From assembly GCA_951406725.2 (NCBI GenBank), contig OX597815.1, positions 215,450,001 through 215,514,000 on the forward strand: DNA of 64,000 nt, given 5' to 3'. The DNA comes from Octopus vulgaris. Lineage: Eukaryota. Position 1 is the first letter of the stretch; each line of letters begins with the position of its first letter. A program made the translations under genes and the position numbers. Under the pieces are notes generated by a model, which did not search any database, had not been told where the DNA came from, and saw only the letters and a list, made by a program, of their open reading frames with translations. Positions 1 to 12,111 of the stretch are shown here, in pieces.

Positions 1-1035
1 GCCACTTCCATTAACACGCAAATAGTGAGCGGTGTTCCGCAGGGCACTGTTCTGGGACCACTACTGTTCATAATGGCCCTCTCAGACATGCCCTCAGCCA
101 CGCAGAGAGCCACGATCACAAGTTATGCAGATGATACAAAAGTTTCACAGGCAATACAGAACCCTGAGGACACTAAACGCCTGCAATGTGAGCTGGACAA
201 AATATACAAGTGGGCTGAAAAGAATAGCATGCAGTTCAATGCTGAAAAGTTTCAAGCTTTATACTATCAGCATGCAAAACTAAATGCAATACCCAATGAA
301 TACACTGGACCCGGAGGAATAGCAATCCCAGAGGCACAATCAGTGCGTGACCTGGGTATTTACATGAGTGATGACGCAACCTTTCGTGTACATGTTGCTA
401 AATTGGCAATGAAATGTAGACGACTGGCCGGATGGATTCTCAGAATCTTTAGAACAAGACAACAAGAAACCATGATGGTCCTCTGGAGGACACTTGTCCT
501 AAGCCACTTTTACTATTGCTCTCAGTTATGGTCACCATCCGGTGTCAAGTTGATCACAGAGCTCGAGGCGATCCAGCGTAGCTACACGAAGAAGATAGCC
601 TCTATGCAGAATGTAAGCTACTGGGAAAGACTCAAGAGATTAAAACTATATTCCTTGGAGCGTAGGCGGGAAAGATATGCCATAATATACATCTGGAAGA
701 TCTTGGAGGGACGTGTCCCAAACTTTGGCATCGAGAGTTACACAAATGCCAGAACTGGGCGCCACTGCGTGGTGCCTAGGACTCCAAATTTGCCATCAAG
801 ATGTAGGACAAGATACTGTGATATCCTGGGCTTCCGAGGCCCACAGCTCTTCAATATCCTCCCGAAGAACTTGAGAGACCTGCATGGGGTGGATGCAGAT
901 GTCTTTAAAATGAAACTGGATCTCTTCCTGTCAGGTGTCCCAGATGAACCAACTTCACGGCAGGAGGTGCAGATGAGGGCAGCTGCATCGAACTCTCTCA
1001 TGCACCAAATGGCAGTTACTAAAAAGCTTTCGTGA
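1..1035 (+). CDS. LINE ORF2 C-terminal part: reverse transcriptase domain and C-terminal region (5'-partial)
   Basis: Frame open from position 1 to TGA at 1033-1035. Motifs SGVPQGTVLGPLLF, YADD, RDLG and the CR1-type YWERLKRLKLYSLERRR. No stops or frameshifts in 344 codons. Confidence 0.9.
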   Translation, partial: ATSINTQIVSGVPQGTVLGPLLFIMALSDMPSATQRATITSYADDTKVSQAIQNPEDTKRLQCELDKIYKWAEKNSMQFNAEKFQALYYQHAKLNAIPNEYTGPGGIAIPEAQSVRDLGIYMSDDATFRVHVAKLAMKCRRLAGWILRIFRTRQQETMMVLWRTLVLSHFYYCSQLWSPSGVKLITELEAIQRSYTKKIASMQNVSYWERLKRLKLYSLERRRERYAIIYIWKILEGRVPNFGIESYTNARTGRHCVVPRTPNLPSRCRTRYCDILGFRGPQLFNILPKNLRDLHGVDADVFKMKLDLFLSGVPDEPTSRQEVQMRAAASNSLMHQMAVTKKLS

Positions 1036-1123
1036 AGTAAAACCAAGTAGCAACACCAAATGGCGGTGCCCCAGCATGGCCACAGCTCATGAGCTGAAAC
1101 TAGAATCAATCAATCAATTCAAT
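1..1123 (+). mobile_element. CR1-like (CR1/L2 group) non-LTR retrotransposon, 3' portion running off the window start
   Basis: RT-encoding ORF to 1035, then a short 3' UTR with the palindrome CAGCTCATGAGCTG (1083-1096) and a short (TCAA)n-like tail at about 1104-1123. Confidence 0.9.
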
Positions 1124-1232
1124 AAAAATATTTGATATTTTGCGACATTTAATAATATAATTATTGGAGAATTATCTTTTCAAAACTTTAATATATTAAA
1201 CCAGTGTATCTTTGATAAATATTCTCTTGTGA

Positions 1233-1235
<3 letters not shown>

Positions 1236-1268
<33 letters not shown>
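1236..1268. repeat. (TA)n microsatellite
   Basis: Pure TA run. Confidence 0.95.
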
Positions 1269-1272
<4 letters not shown>

Positions 1273-1536
1273 GCAGCGAGGAAGGTGTTTGTAAGCCATT
1301 TAAGAAACACACAAAAGCCGTTCGATTCACTTCAACATTTAAGTTTAATTTGTCAAAATATTTTCCGTCGCTAAAATCCGCGACCTGTTCACTGAAGCAC
1401 GGATTTTTGTCAGTGAACAGGTCGCGGTCTTAAGGCGACAAAAATATTTTGACAAATTAAACTTAAATGTTGAAGTGAATCGAACGGCTTTTGTGTGTTT
1501 CTTAAATGGCTTACAAACACCTTCCACGCTGCAATT
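1269..1536. mobile_element. Foldback/inverted-repeat element (127-bp arms, 14-bp spacer), non-autonomous
   Basis: 1269-1395 is the near-perfect reverse complement of 1410-1536 (AATTGCAGCG..CACTGA / TCAGTG..CGCTGCAATT). It lies between two (TA)n tracts. The family assignment is uncertain. Confidence 0.7.
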
Positions 1537-1594
1537 GTTTTCGTTCCAGCACACGATTTCAGATCAAATCAATTGCTATGCGAGTACTTCTCCG

Positions 1595-1697
<103 letters not shown>

Positions 1698-1984
1698 AGA
1701 CACCAATGCTTACTGGGAATAGCAGTCAATACATTTACGACGCTATAGTAAAGATTTGCTGTATATATATATATATACTTGTAAAGACGCGTGAGGGCAG
1801 GGAACATTAAAAAAATTGTCTTAACTCTAGGAAGAACATTAGATAAATGGACAACCCAGAACCAGATAATCCGGTACCTAGGTTTCGGTCTTTTCAAATA
1901 CGTTTGTCAACGTAAATTTGATCAGTCTTCATCAGCTGCATTTACCTAGACAATGCTTCAAATGTTGCTACATCAGTGCCAGTA

Positions 1985-4900
1985 CACTCGCCTTTGATCT
2001 CTGACGGTAGGATCTTTGACCTCTGTCGGCGCCCTCTTTGATCTCTATCGGCACCCTCTTTGATCTCGGTCGGCAGGCTATTTGACCTCTGTCGGAGCCC
2101 TCTTTGATCTCTGTTGGCACCCTCTTTGATCTCTCTCAACACTCTTCTTTGATCTCTGTCGGCAGGCTCTTTGATCTCTGTCGGCGCCCTCTTTGATCTC
2201 TATCGGCACCCTCTTTGATCTCTGTCAACACTCCTCTTTGATCTCTGTCGGCACTCCTCTTTGATCTCTGTTTGCATTCCTCTTTGATCTCTGTCGGTAC
2301 TCCTCTTTGATCTCTGTCGGCATTTCTCTTTGATTTCTGTCGGTACTACTCTTTGATCTCTGTCGGTACTCCTCTTTGATCGCTGTCGGCATTCCCCTTT
2401 CATCTCTGTCGGTACTCCTCTTTGATCTCTATCGGTACTCCTCTTTAATCTGTGTCGGCATTCCTCTTTGATCTTTGTCGGTACTCCTCTTTGATCTCTA
2501 TCGGTACTCCTCGTTGATCTCTGTCGGTACTCCTCTCTGGTCTCTGTCGGCATCCCTCTTTGATCTAGTCGGTATTCCTCTTTGATCTCTGTCGGTACAA
2601 CTCTTTGATCTCTGTCGGTACTCCTCTTTGATCTCTGTCGTCATTCCTCTTTGATCTCTGTCGGTACGCCTCTTTAATCCCTGTCGGCATTCCCCTTTGA
2701 TCTCTATCGGCATTCCTCTTTGAACGTTGTCGGTACTCCTCTTTGATCTCTCTCATCAATTCTGTTTGATCTCTGTCGGTACTCCTCTTTGATCTCTGTC
2801 GGTACTCCTCTTTGATCTCTGTCGGTACTCCTCTTTGATCTCTATCGGTACTCCTCTTTGATCTCTGTCGGCATTCCCCTTTGATCTCTGTCAACATTCC
2901 TCTTTGATCTATGTTGGTATTCCTCTTTGATCTCTGTCGGCATTCCTCTTTGATCTCTGTCGGTACGCCTCTTTGATCTCTGTCAACATTCCTCTTTGAT
3001 CTCTGTAGACATTCCTATTTGAACGCTGTCGGTACTCCTCTTTGATCTCAGTTTGCATTCCTCTTTGATCTCTGTCGGTACTTCTCTTTGATCTCTGTCG
3101 GCAATTCTCTTTGATCTCTGTCGGCAATTCTCTTTGATCTCTGTCGGTACTCCTCTTTGATCTCTGTCGGTACTCCTCTTTGATCTCTATCAGTACTCCT
3201 CTTTGATCTCTATCGGCATTCCCTTTGATCTCTGTCGGTACCCCTCTTTGATCTCTGCCGGTACTCTCTTTGATCTCTTTCGGCATTCATCTATGATTTC
3301 TGTTGGCATTCCTCTTTGATCTCTGTCGCATTCTTCTTTGATCTCTATCAGCATTCCCCTTTGATCTCTGTCGGTACCCCTCTTTGATCTCTGCCGGTAC
3401 TCCTCTTTGATCTCTTTCGGCATTCATCTTTGATTTCTGTTGGCATTCCTCTTTGAGCTTTGTCGGCATTTCTCTTTGATCACTGTCGGCATTCCCCTTT
3501 GATCTCTGTCGGTACACCTCTTTGATCTCGATCGGTACTCTTCTTTGATCTCTGTCGGCATTTCTCTTTAATCTCTGTCGCCATTCCTCTTTGATCTATG
3601 TCGGCATTCCTCTTTAATCTCTGTCGGCATTCCTCTTTGATCTTTGTGGGTACTCCACTTTGATCTCTGTCGGCATTCCTCTTTGATCTCTGTCGCTACA
3701 CCTCTTTGATCTCTGTCGATATTCCTCTTTGATCTCTGTTGGCATTCCTCTTTGATCTCTGTCGGCACTCCTCTTTGATCTCAGACGTCATTTCTCTTTA
3801 ATCTCTATCGACATTCCTCTTTGATCTCTATCGGTATTCCTCTTTGATCTCTGTCGGCACTCCTCTTTGATCTCTGACGGCATTTCTCTTTAATCTCTAT
3901 CTACATTCCTCGTTGATCTCTGTCGGTATTCCTCGTTGATCTCTGTCGGTATTCCTCTTTGATCTCTGTAGGCATCCCTCTTTGATCTCTGTCGGCATTC
4001 CTCTTTGATCTCTGTTAGTACAACTCTTTGATCTCTGTCGGTACTCCTCTTTGATCTCTGTCGCCATTCTTCTTTGATCTCGGTCGGCATTCCTCTTTCA
4101 TCTCTGTCGGCATTCCTCTTTGATCTCTGTCGGTACTTTTCTTTGATCTCTGTCGTCATTCCTCTTTGATCTCTTTTGGCATTCCTCTTTGATCTCTGTC
4201 GGCATTCCTCTTTGATCTCTGTCAGTACTCCTCTTTGATCTCTATCGGTACTCCCCAAAGAGGGGTACCGACAGCGTTCAAAGAGGAATGCCGACAGAGA
4301 TCAAAGAGGATTACCGACAGACATCAAAAAGGGATGCCGAGAGAGATCAAAGAGATCTCTGTTGGTATTCTTCTTTGATCTCTGTCGGCATTTCTCTTTG
4401 ATCTCTGTCGGTACTCCTCTTAGATCTCTGTCGGCTTTCATCTTTGATCTTTGTTGGCATTCCTCTTTGATCTCTGTCGGTACCCCTTTTTGATATCTGC
4501 CGGTACTCCTCTTTGATCCCTGTCGGCATTCATTGGTCTCTGTTGGCATTACTCGTTGATCTCTGTCGGCATTCCCCTTTGATCTCTGACGGCATTTCTC
4601 TTTAATCTCTGTCGGCATTCCTCTTTTATCTCTGTCGACATTCCTCTTTAATCTGTGTCGGCATTCTTTGATCTCTGTCGGCATCCCTCTTTGATCTCTG
4701 TCGGCATTCCTCTTTGATCTCTGTCGATACGCCTCTTTGATCTCTGTCGGCATTCCCCATTGATATCTACCGGCATTCCTCTTTGAACGCTGTCGGTACT
4801 CCTGTTTGATCTCTGTGTGCATTCCTCTTTGATCTCTGTCGGTACTCCTCTTTGATCTCTGTCGGCATTCCTCATTGATCTCTGTCGGCATTCCTCTTTT

Positions 4901-7290
4901 ATCTCTGTCGGTACTCCTCTTTGAACGCTGTCGGTACTCCTCTTTGATCTCTGTTTGCATTCCTCTTTAATCTCTATCAGTACTCTACAAAGAGGGGTGC
5001 CGACAGAGATCAAAGAGAAATGCCGACAGAGATGAAAGAGGATTACCGACAGAGATCAAAGAGGAGTACAAACAGAGATCAAAGAGTATTACCGACATAC
5101 ATCAAAGAGGAATGCCGACAGAGATCAAAGAGGCGTATCGACAGAGATCAATGAGGAATGTCGTTGGAGATCAAAGAGGAGTACCGAGAGAGATCAAAGA
5201 GGAATGCCGACATAGATCAAAGAGGAGTACCGACAGCGTTCAAAGAGGAATGCCGACAGAGATCAAAGAGGAATGCCGACAGAGATCAAAGAGGAATGCC
5301 GACAGATATCAAAGAGGGGTACCAACAGAGATCAAAGAGGAGTACCGATAGAGATCAAAGAGGGGTATCGACAGAGATCAAAGAGGAGTACCGACCGACA
5401 TCAAAGAGGAATGCCCACATAGATCAAAGAGGAATGCCGACATAGACCAAAGAGGAATGCGGACAGAGATCAAAGAGGAGTACCGACATAGATCAAAGAG
5501 GAGTACCTACAGATATCAAAGAGGAAAGCCGACAGAGATCAAAGAGGAGTACCGACAGACATCAAAGATGAATCCCGACAGAAATCTAACAGGAATACCA
5601 AAAGAGATCAAAGAGGAGTGCCGACAGAGATCAAAGAGGAGTACCGACAGAGATCAAAGAGGAATGCTGACAGCGATCAAAGAGGAATACCGACAGAGAT
5701 CAAAGAGGAGGAACGACAGAGATCAAAGACTATGCCGAAAGAGATCATAGAGGGTGCCGAAAGAGATCGAAGAGTGTGCCGACAGAGATCAAAGAGTGTG
5801 TCCAAAGAGATCAAAGAGGAGTGCCGACATAGATCAAAGAGGAATGCCAACAGAGATCAAAGAGGAATGCCGACAGAGATCAAAGAGGAATGCCGACAGA
5901 GATCAAAGAGGAGTACCGACAGCGTTCAAAGAGGAATGCCGACAGAGATCAAAGAGGAATGCCGACAGCGATCAAAGAGGAATGCCGACAGAGATCAAAG
6001 AGGCGTACCGACAAAGATCAATGAGGAATGCCGTTGGAGATCAAAGAGGACTACCGAGAGAGATCAAAGAGGAATGCCGACATAGATTAAAGAGGAATGC
6101 CCACATAGATCAAAGAGGAATGCCGACATAGACCAAAGTGGAATGCGGACAGAGATCAAAGAGGAGTACCGACATAGATCAAAGAGGAGAACCTACAGAT
6201 ATCAAAGAGGAAAGCCGACAGAGATCAAAGAGGAGTACCGACAGAGATCAAAGAGAGGTACCGACAGAGATCAAAGAGGGTGTCGATAGAGATGAAAGAG
6301 GAGTACCGACATAAATCAAAGAGGAATGCCGACAGAAATCTAACAGGAATACCAAAAGAGATCAAAGAGGAGTGCCGACAGATATCAAAGAGGAGTACCG
6401 ACAGAGATCAAAGAGGAGAAACGACAGAGATCAAAGACTATGCCGAAAGAGATCATAGAGGGTGCCGAAAGAGATCAAAGAGTGTGCCGACAGAGATCAA
6501 AGAGTGTGCCCAAAGAGATCAAAGAGGAGTGCCGACATAGATCAAAGAGGAATGCCAACAGAGATCAAAGAGGAATGCCGACAGAGATCAAAGAGGAATG
6601 CTGACAGAGATCAAAGAGAAGTACCGACAAAGATCAAAGACGAATGCCGACAGATATAAAAGAGGAATAGCGACAGAGATCAAAGACGAATGCCAACAGA
6701 GATCAAAGAGTAATGTAAAGAGGAGTACTGACAGAGATCTCTGTGATCTCTGTCGGCATTCCTCTTTGATCTCTGTTGGTACCCCTCTTTGATCTCTGCC
6801 GGTACTTTTCTTTGATCTCTGTCGGCATTTATCTTTGGTCTCTGTTGGCATTCCTCTTTGATCTCTGTCGGCATTCCTCTTTGATCTCTGTCGGCATTCC
6901 GCTTTGATCTCTGTCGGAACTCCTCTTTGATCTCTGTCGGTATTCTTCGTTGATCTCTGTCGGCACTCCTCTTTGATCTCTGACGGCATTTCTCTTTAAT
7001 CTCTGTCGGCATTCCTCTTTGATCTCTATCAGTACTCCTCTTTGATCTCTGTTGGCATTTCTCTTTGATCCCTGTCGGTACTCCTCTTTGATCTCTGTCG
7101 GCATCCCGCTTTGATCTCTGTCGCATCCGCTTTGATCGAGACATCCAAACGACGTCGATAAAATGACTTAGCGGACAACCAAACAAGATCGATAAAATGA
7201 CTTAGCGGACCACCAAACGAGATCGATAAAATGATTTTCTGTCGGTATTTCTCTTTGATCTCTGTCGGTACACCTCTTTGACCTCTTTGA
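1985..7290. repeat. Satellite A, 23-bp unit (ATGCCGACAGAGATCAAAGAGGA; 22-bp variant at the left edge), with four orientation switches
   Basis: The 23-aa periodic ORFs (MPTEIKEECRQRSKRNADRDQRG) equal 3x23 nt. Strand flips at about 4256, 4355, 4988 and 6737. Confidence 0.95.
7134..7235 (+). repeat. Short patch (about 3 units) of 34-bp satellite F inside satellite A
   Basis: CGATAAAATGACTTAGCGGAC(A/C)ACCAAAC units match the array at 48097-59444. Confidence 0.85.
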
Positions 7291-7393
7291 TCCACCATAG
7301 CCAAATTTAAATTAACAATTCAACAAAACTGTTTTTCACAATAAAGCAACAGTTTTGTGTGACAGCAGTTTTACATTTGCCAGATTGCCTTAC

Positions 7394-7544
7394 CTTGACC
7401 GAAATAATGTCTTCACCACTTGACCCTTATAAACTCTTCTACTTCACCAAAAGCTAGAGTAGAGATATCACAGTACCACCAACGAAGCCCATTGTTTTCA
7501 ATGATATGTCTATACTTCTGGATAGTTATAAAAGCAAGAACCCC
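7394..7544 (-). pseudogene. Candidate isolated exon or pseudo-exon (151 bp) in a unique island between satellites
   Basis: Minus strand has acceptor TTTTTTTTCTAG|G and donor AAG|GTAAGG. Phase-0 translation is GVLAFITIQKYRHIIENNGLRWWYCDISTLAFGEVEEFIRVKW*RHYFGQ, with one TGA at 7413-7415. The protein is not recognised. Confidence 0.35.
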
Positions 7545-7637
7545 CTAGAAAAAAAACCAGTAGTCACTTGGTGACAAATGAGTGAGTCGGCTCGTGACAA
7601 CTCAGTCAGTGAACGGACCGCTAAAATCATGATCCAA

Positions 7638-8497
7638 GAAAACTTTCCAGGTTGCCGATCAAATTTGCAGGAGTCACGGGAATCCCCAGAATTTCTGTTA
7701 AATCCTCGGAACTTTCCAGGAAATTTCTGACCAATTTTCCAGGTTGGGGGAATCCCGGAAATTTCGATGAAAGCCTCGGAATTTTCCAGGAAGATTCCGA
7801 CCAAATTTCGAGGATAATGGAATATCACTGGAATGTTTAATGCAACCCTCTGAACTATCCAGGAAGCTTCGAATAATCTTCCAGGAAGTTGGATAATCAT
7901 CGGATCTTTCCATGAAACACTTGGAAATTTTCATGAAGTTTCCCACAAAATTTCCTGGAGATTAGGGAACCCTCGGTACTCTCCAGGAAGTTTCCGGTCG
8001 AATTTGCAGGAGTCAGTGGGAATCCCTGGAACTTTCTCTTAAATCCTCGGATCTTTCCAAAAATTTCTGACAAATTTTCCAGGAAGTTGAGGGTTCCCCG
8101 GAACTTTACATGAAATCCTCGGAATATTCCAGGAAGATTACGACCAATTTTCGAGGAAGTTGTGATATCCCTGGAAGGTTCCATGGTGTCTTCGGAACTA
8201 TCCAGAAAGTTTCCGATCAATTTTCCAGGAACTTGGAGAATCCCTAGGAATTTCCATGAAATCCCCGGAAATTTTCAAGAAGATTCCGACACAATTTACA
8301 GGAAGATAGCGGATCCCCGGAACTCTCTGTTAAATCGTCAGAAGTTTCTAGGAATTTTCCTACCAATTTTCCCAGGAAGTCAGGGAACTTTCCATTAAAC
8401 CATCGGAACTATCCAGGAAGTTTCCGGACATGAAGTCCTCGGTACTTTCCAGGAAGTTTCCGACCAAATATCCAAAAATTGAGCGAATCCCCGGAAT
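7638..8497 (+). repeat. Satellite B (about 52-bp unit, diverged copies)
   Basis: Degenerate repeats of AAATTTCCAGGAAGTT..AATCCTCGGAACTTTCC. Confidence 0.8.
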
Positions 8498-10328
8498 CAA
8501 ATAGCCTAGCCAAATAGCCAAACAGCCAAACAGTCTAGCCAAATGTTTCACCTAAATGGAAAACACAAATAGCCAACCCAAAAGCAAATCCAAATAGGCC
8601 AACTCAAATAGCTCACCCAAATAGCCAACCCAAATAATCTAGCCAAAAATCCAAGCCAAATAGCCAAATAGCCATCCCAAAAGGATCACACAAATAGCCA
8701 ACCCAAACAGCCAAGCCAAGTAGTCAAGCCAAAAAGCCAACCCAAATAGCCATCCCAAATAGCAAACACAAATAGCAAACACAAATAGCCAACCGAAATG
8801 ACCAAGTCAAATAGCCAAGCCAAATAGCCAACCGAAATAACCTAGCCAAATAGCTAAGCCAAAAAGCCATCCAAAAAAGCACACACAAATAGCCAACCCA
8901 AATGACCAAGACAAATAGCCTAGCGAAATAGCTAAGCCAAATAGCCAACCCAAAAAGCAAATCCAAAGAGCCAACTCAAAAACCAAACCCAAATAGCCAA
9001 CCGAAATAACCTAGCCAAATAGCTAAGCCAAAAAGCCATCCAAAAAAGCACACACAAATAGCCAACCCAAATAGCCAAGAGTAAACCAAAATGGCCAACC
9101 CTAATAGCCAACCCAAATAGCATACCCAAATAGCCAACCCAAATAGCCAAGCCAAATAGCAAACCAAAATAGCCAACCCAAATAGCCAACCCAAATAGCA
9201 ACCAAAATAGCAAACCCAAATAGCCAACCCAAATAGCCAACCCAAATAGCCGAGCCGAATAGCCAAGCAAAATATCCAACCCAAATAGGAAACACAAATA
9301 GCCAACACAAATAGCCAACCCAAAGAGCAAACACAAATAGCCAACCCAAAAAGCCAACCCAAATGACCAAGCCAAATAGCCTAGCGAAATAGCTAATCCA
9401 AATAGCCAACTCAAATAGCATACCCAAATAGCCAATCTAAAAAGCCAAGCCAAATAGCAAACCCAAATAGCCAAACCAAAACGCCATCCAAAAAGCCAAC
9501 CCAAACAGCCTAGCCAAATAGCGTAGCTCAAGTAGCAACTCAAATAGCCAACCCAAATAGCCAACTCAAAAAGCCAACCATAATAGCACACCCAAATAGC
9601 CTAGCCAAATAGCCAAGCCAAATAGCCTAGCCAAATAGCCTAGCCAAATAGCTAAGCAAAATAGCCGACACAAATAGCCAAGCCAAATAGCCAGGCCAAA
9701 CAGCAAACCAAAATATGGAAACCCAAATCGCAAAGCCAAATAGCAAAGCCAAATAACCAACTCAAATACCCTACCAAATTAGCCAACCGAAATAGCCAAA
9801 ACAAATAGCCAACTGAAATAGCAAACCCAAACAACCAACCCAAATAACCTATCTAAATAGCCAAGACAAATAGCCAAGACAAATAGCGAAGCCAAATAGC
9901 CAACCAAATTGTCAAGCCAAATAGCCAAGCCAATTAGCCAACTCAAATACCCAACCCAAATAGCCAACCCAAATAGCCTAGCCAAAAAGAAAACCCAAAT
10001 AGCAAACACAAAGAGCCAACATAAATAGCCAAGCCAAATAGCCAACCCAAATAGCAAACCCAATTAGCCAACCCAAATAGCCAAGCCAAACAGACAACCC
10101 AAATAGGCAAGCCAAATCGCCAAGCCAAATAGCCAACCGAATAGCAGACCCAAATAGCCAACCGAAAGACCAAAGCTAAAAAGGCAACCCAAATAGCAAA
10201 CCCAAGTAGCCAACCCAAATAGCCAACTCAAATAGCCAACCCAAATAGCCAATCCAAATAGCCAACCCAAATAAATAGCCAACCCAAATAAATAGCCAAC
10301 ACAAATAGACAATCCAAATAGCATACTC
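8498..10328 (-). repeat. Satellite C, 13-bp unit (TTGGCTATTTGGG), reverse orientation
   Basis: CCCAAATAGCCAA repeats; 13-aa periodic ORFs ([13 protein letters not shown]). Confidence 0.95.
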
Positions 10329-10747
10329 AAATTTTCAACCAAATTTCCAGGAAGTTAGAAATACCCCGGAACTTCCCTGAAGTTTTCGACCAAATTTCCC
10401 GGAAGTTAGAAAATCATCGGAACTTTCCATGGAGTTCCGACCAAATTTCCCGGAAGTTAGAAAATCATTGGAACTTCCCATGAAATTTTCGACCAAATTT
10501 ACAGGAAGTTAGAAAATCATCGGGACTTCCCATGGAGTTTTCGACCAAATTTCCCGGAAGTTAGAAAATCCGCGGAACTTTCAAGGAAATTTTCGACCAA
10601 ATCCACAGGAAGTTGGAAAATCCTCGGAATTTCCCATGAAAATTTCGACCAAATTTTCCGGAAACTAGAAATTCCTCGGAACATTCCATGAAGTTTTCGA
10701 CCAAATTTCCAGGAAGTTAGAAAATACTCGGAACTTTCCATGAAGTT
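10329..10747 (+). repeat. Satellite B, 52-bp unit (AAATTTCCAGGAAGTTAGAAAATCCTCGGAACTTCCCATGAAATTTTCGACC)
   Basis: About 8 well-conserved tandem units. Confidence 0.9.
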
Positions 10748-11408
10748 TATGGAAACCCAAATCGCCAAGCCAAATAGCAAAGCCAAGTAGCCAACCCAAG
10801 TAGGAAACACAAATAGCCAAAACAAATAGCCAAGCCAAATAACCAACTCAAATACTCTACCAAAATAGCCAACCCAAATAGCCAAAACAAATAGCCAACT
10901 GAAATAGCAAACCCAAACAACCAACCCAAATAACCTATCTAAATACCCAAGACAAACAGCGAAGCCAAATAGCCAACCAAATTGTCAAGCCAAATAGCCA
11001 AGCCAAATAGCCAACCAAAAAAGTAAACACAAATAGCCAACACAAAAAGCCAACACAAATAGCCAACCCAAAGAGCCAAGCCAATTAGCCAACTCAAATA
11101 CCCAACCCAAATAGCCAACCCAAATAGCCTAGCCAAAAAGAAAACCCAAATAGCAAACAAAAAGAGCCAACATAAATAGCCAAGCCAAATAGCAAACCCA
11201 ATTAGCCAACCCAAATAGCCAAGCCAAATAGACAACCCAAATAGGCAAGCCAAATCGCAAAGCCAAATAGCCAACCGAAATAGCAAACCCAAATAGCCAA
11301 CCGAAAGAGCAAATCCAAAAAGCCAACCCAAATAGCAAACCCAAGTAGCCAACCCAAATAGCCAACTCATATAGCCAACCCAAATAGCCAATCCAGATAG
11401 CATACCCA
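10748..11408 (-). repeat. Satellite C, reverse orientation (duplicate of about 9716-10328)
   Basis: Same variant series beginning ATGGAAACCCAAATCGC. Confidence 0.9.
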
Positions 11409-11806
11409 AATTTTCGATCAAATTTCCAGGAAGTTAGAAAATCCTCGGAATTTCCCATGAAGTTTTCGACCAAATTTCCCGGAAGTTAGAAAATCCTCGG
11501 AACTTTCCATGAAGTTTTCGACCAGATTTCCAGGGAGTTAGAAAATCTTTGGAATTTCCCATGAAGTTTTTGACCAAATTTCCAGGAAGTTTGAAAATCC
11601 TCGGAACTGCAAATGAAGTTTTTTTTTACCAAATTTAAAGGAAATTAGAAAATCCTCGGAACTTCCCATGGAGTTTTCGACCAAATTTCAAGGAAGTTAA
11701 AAAATCTTTGGAACTACCCATGAAATTTTCGACCAAATTCCCAAGAAGTTGGAAAACCCTCGGAACTTCCCATGAATTTTTCCACCAAATTTCAAGGAAA
11801 TTACAA
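11409..11806 (+). repeat. Satellite B array
   Basis: 52-bp units. Confidence 0.9.
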
Positions 11807-11947
11807 AATCAAAGAGTGTGCCAACAGGGGAGGGTTAACACAGATCAAAGAGGGTGCCGACAGAGATCAAAGAGGGTGCGATATAGATCAAAGTGGGTAC
11901 CGACAGAGATCAATGAGTGTGTCGACAAAGATCAAAGACGGTGCCGA
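11807..11947 (+). repeat. Short satellite A array (22-bp variant)
   Basis: GTGCCGACAGAGATCAAAGAGG-like units. Confidence 0.85.
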
Positions 11948-12081
11948 CAAACCGGTACAAACCAGATCAAACCGGCTCAAACCAGTACAAACCGAATCAA
12001 AGCGGTTCAAACCGGATCAAACCGGTTCAAACTGGTTCAAACCGGATCACACCGGTACAAACCGGTTCAAACAGGTTCAAA
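11948..12081. repeat. Satellite D, 10-bp unit AAACCGG(T/A)TC
   Basis: About 13 tandem units with a near-palindromic AACCGGTT core. Confidence 0.9.
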
Positions 12082-12111
12082 CATAGATAAGAGAGTGTGC
12101 CGACATAGATC

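Noticed and set aside
738-1109. Antisense 123-aa ORF over the LINE (likewise 61450-61662 over the Dong-like fragment)
   Set aside because: Shadow ORFs of retrotransposon coding strands.
1815-1984. Possible plus-strand exon after CTCTAG near 1830
   Set aside because: Weak acceptor, short frames, no convincing donor and no recognisable peptide.
1942-7304. Many charged-residue ORFs (MPTEIKEECRQRSKR...), also at 18.4-20.6 kb
   Set aside because: These are translations of the 23/22-bp satellite. The same peptide appears in all frames and follows strand flips.
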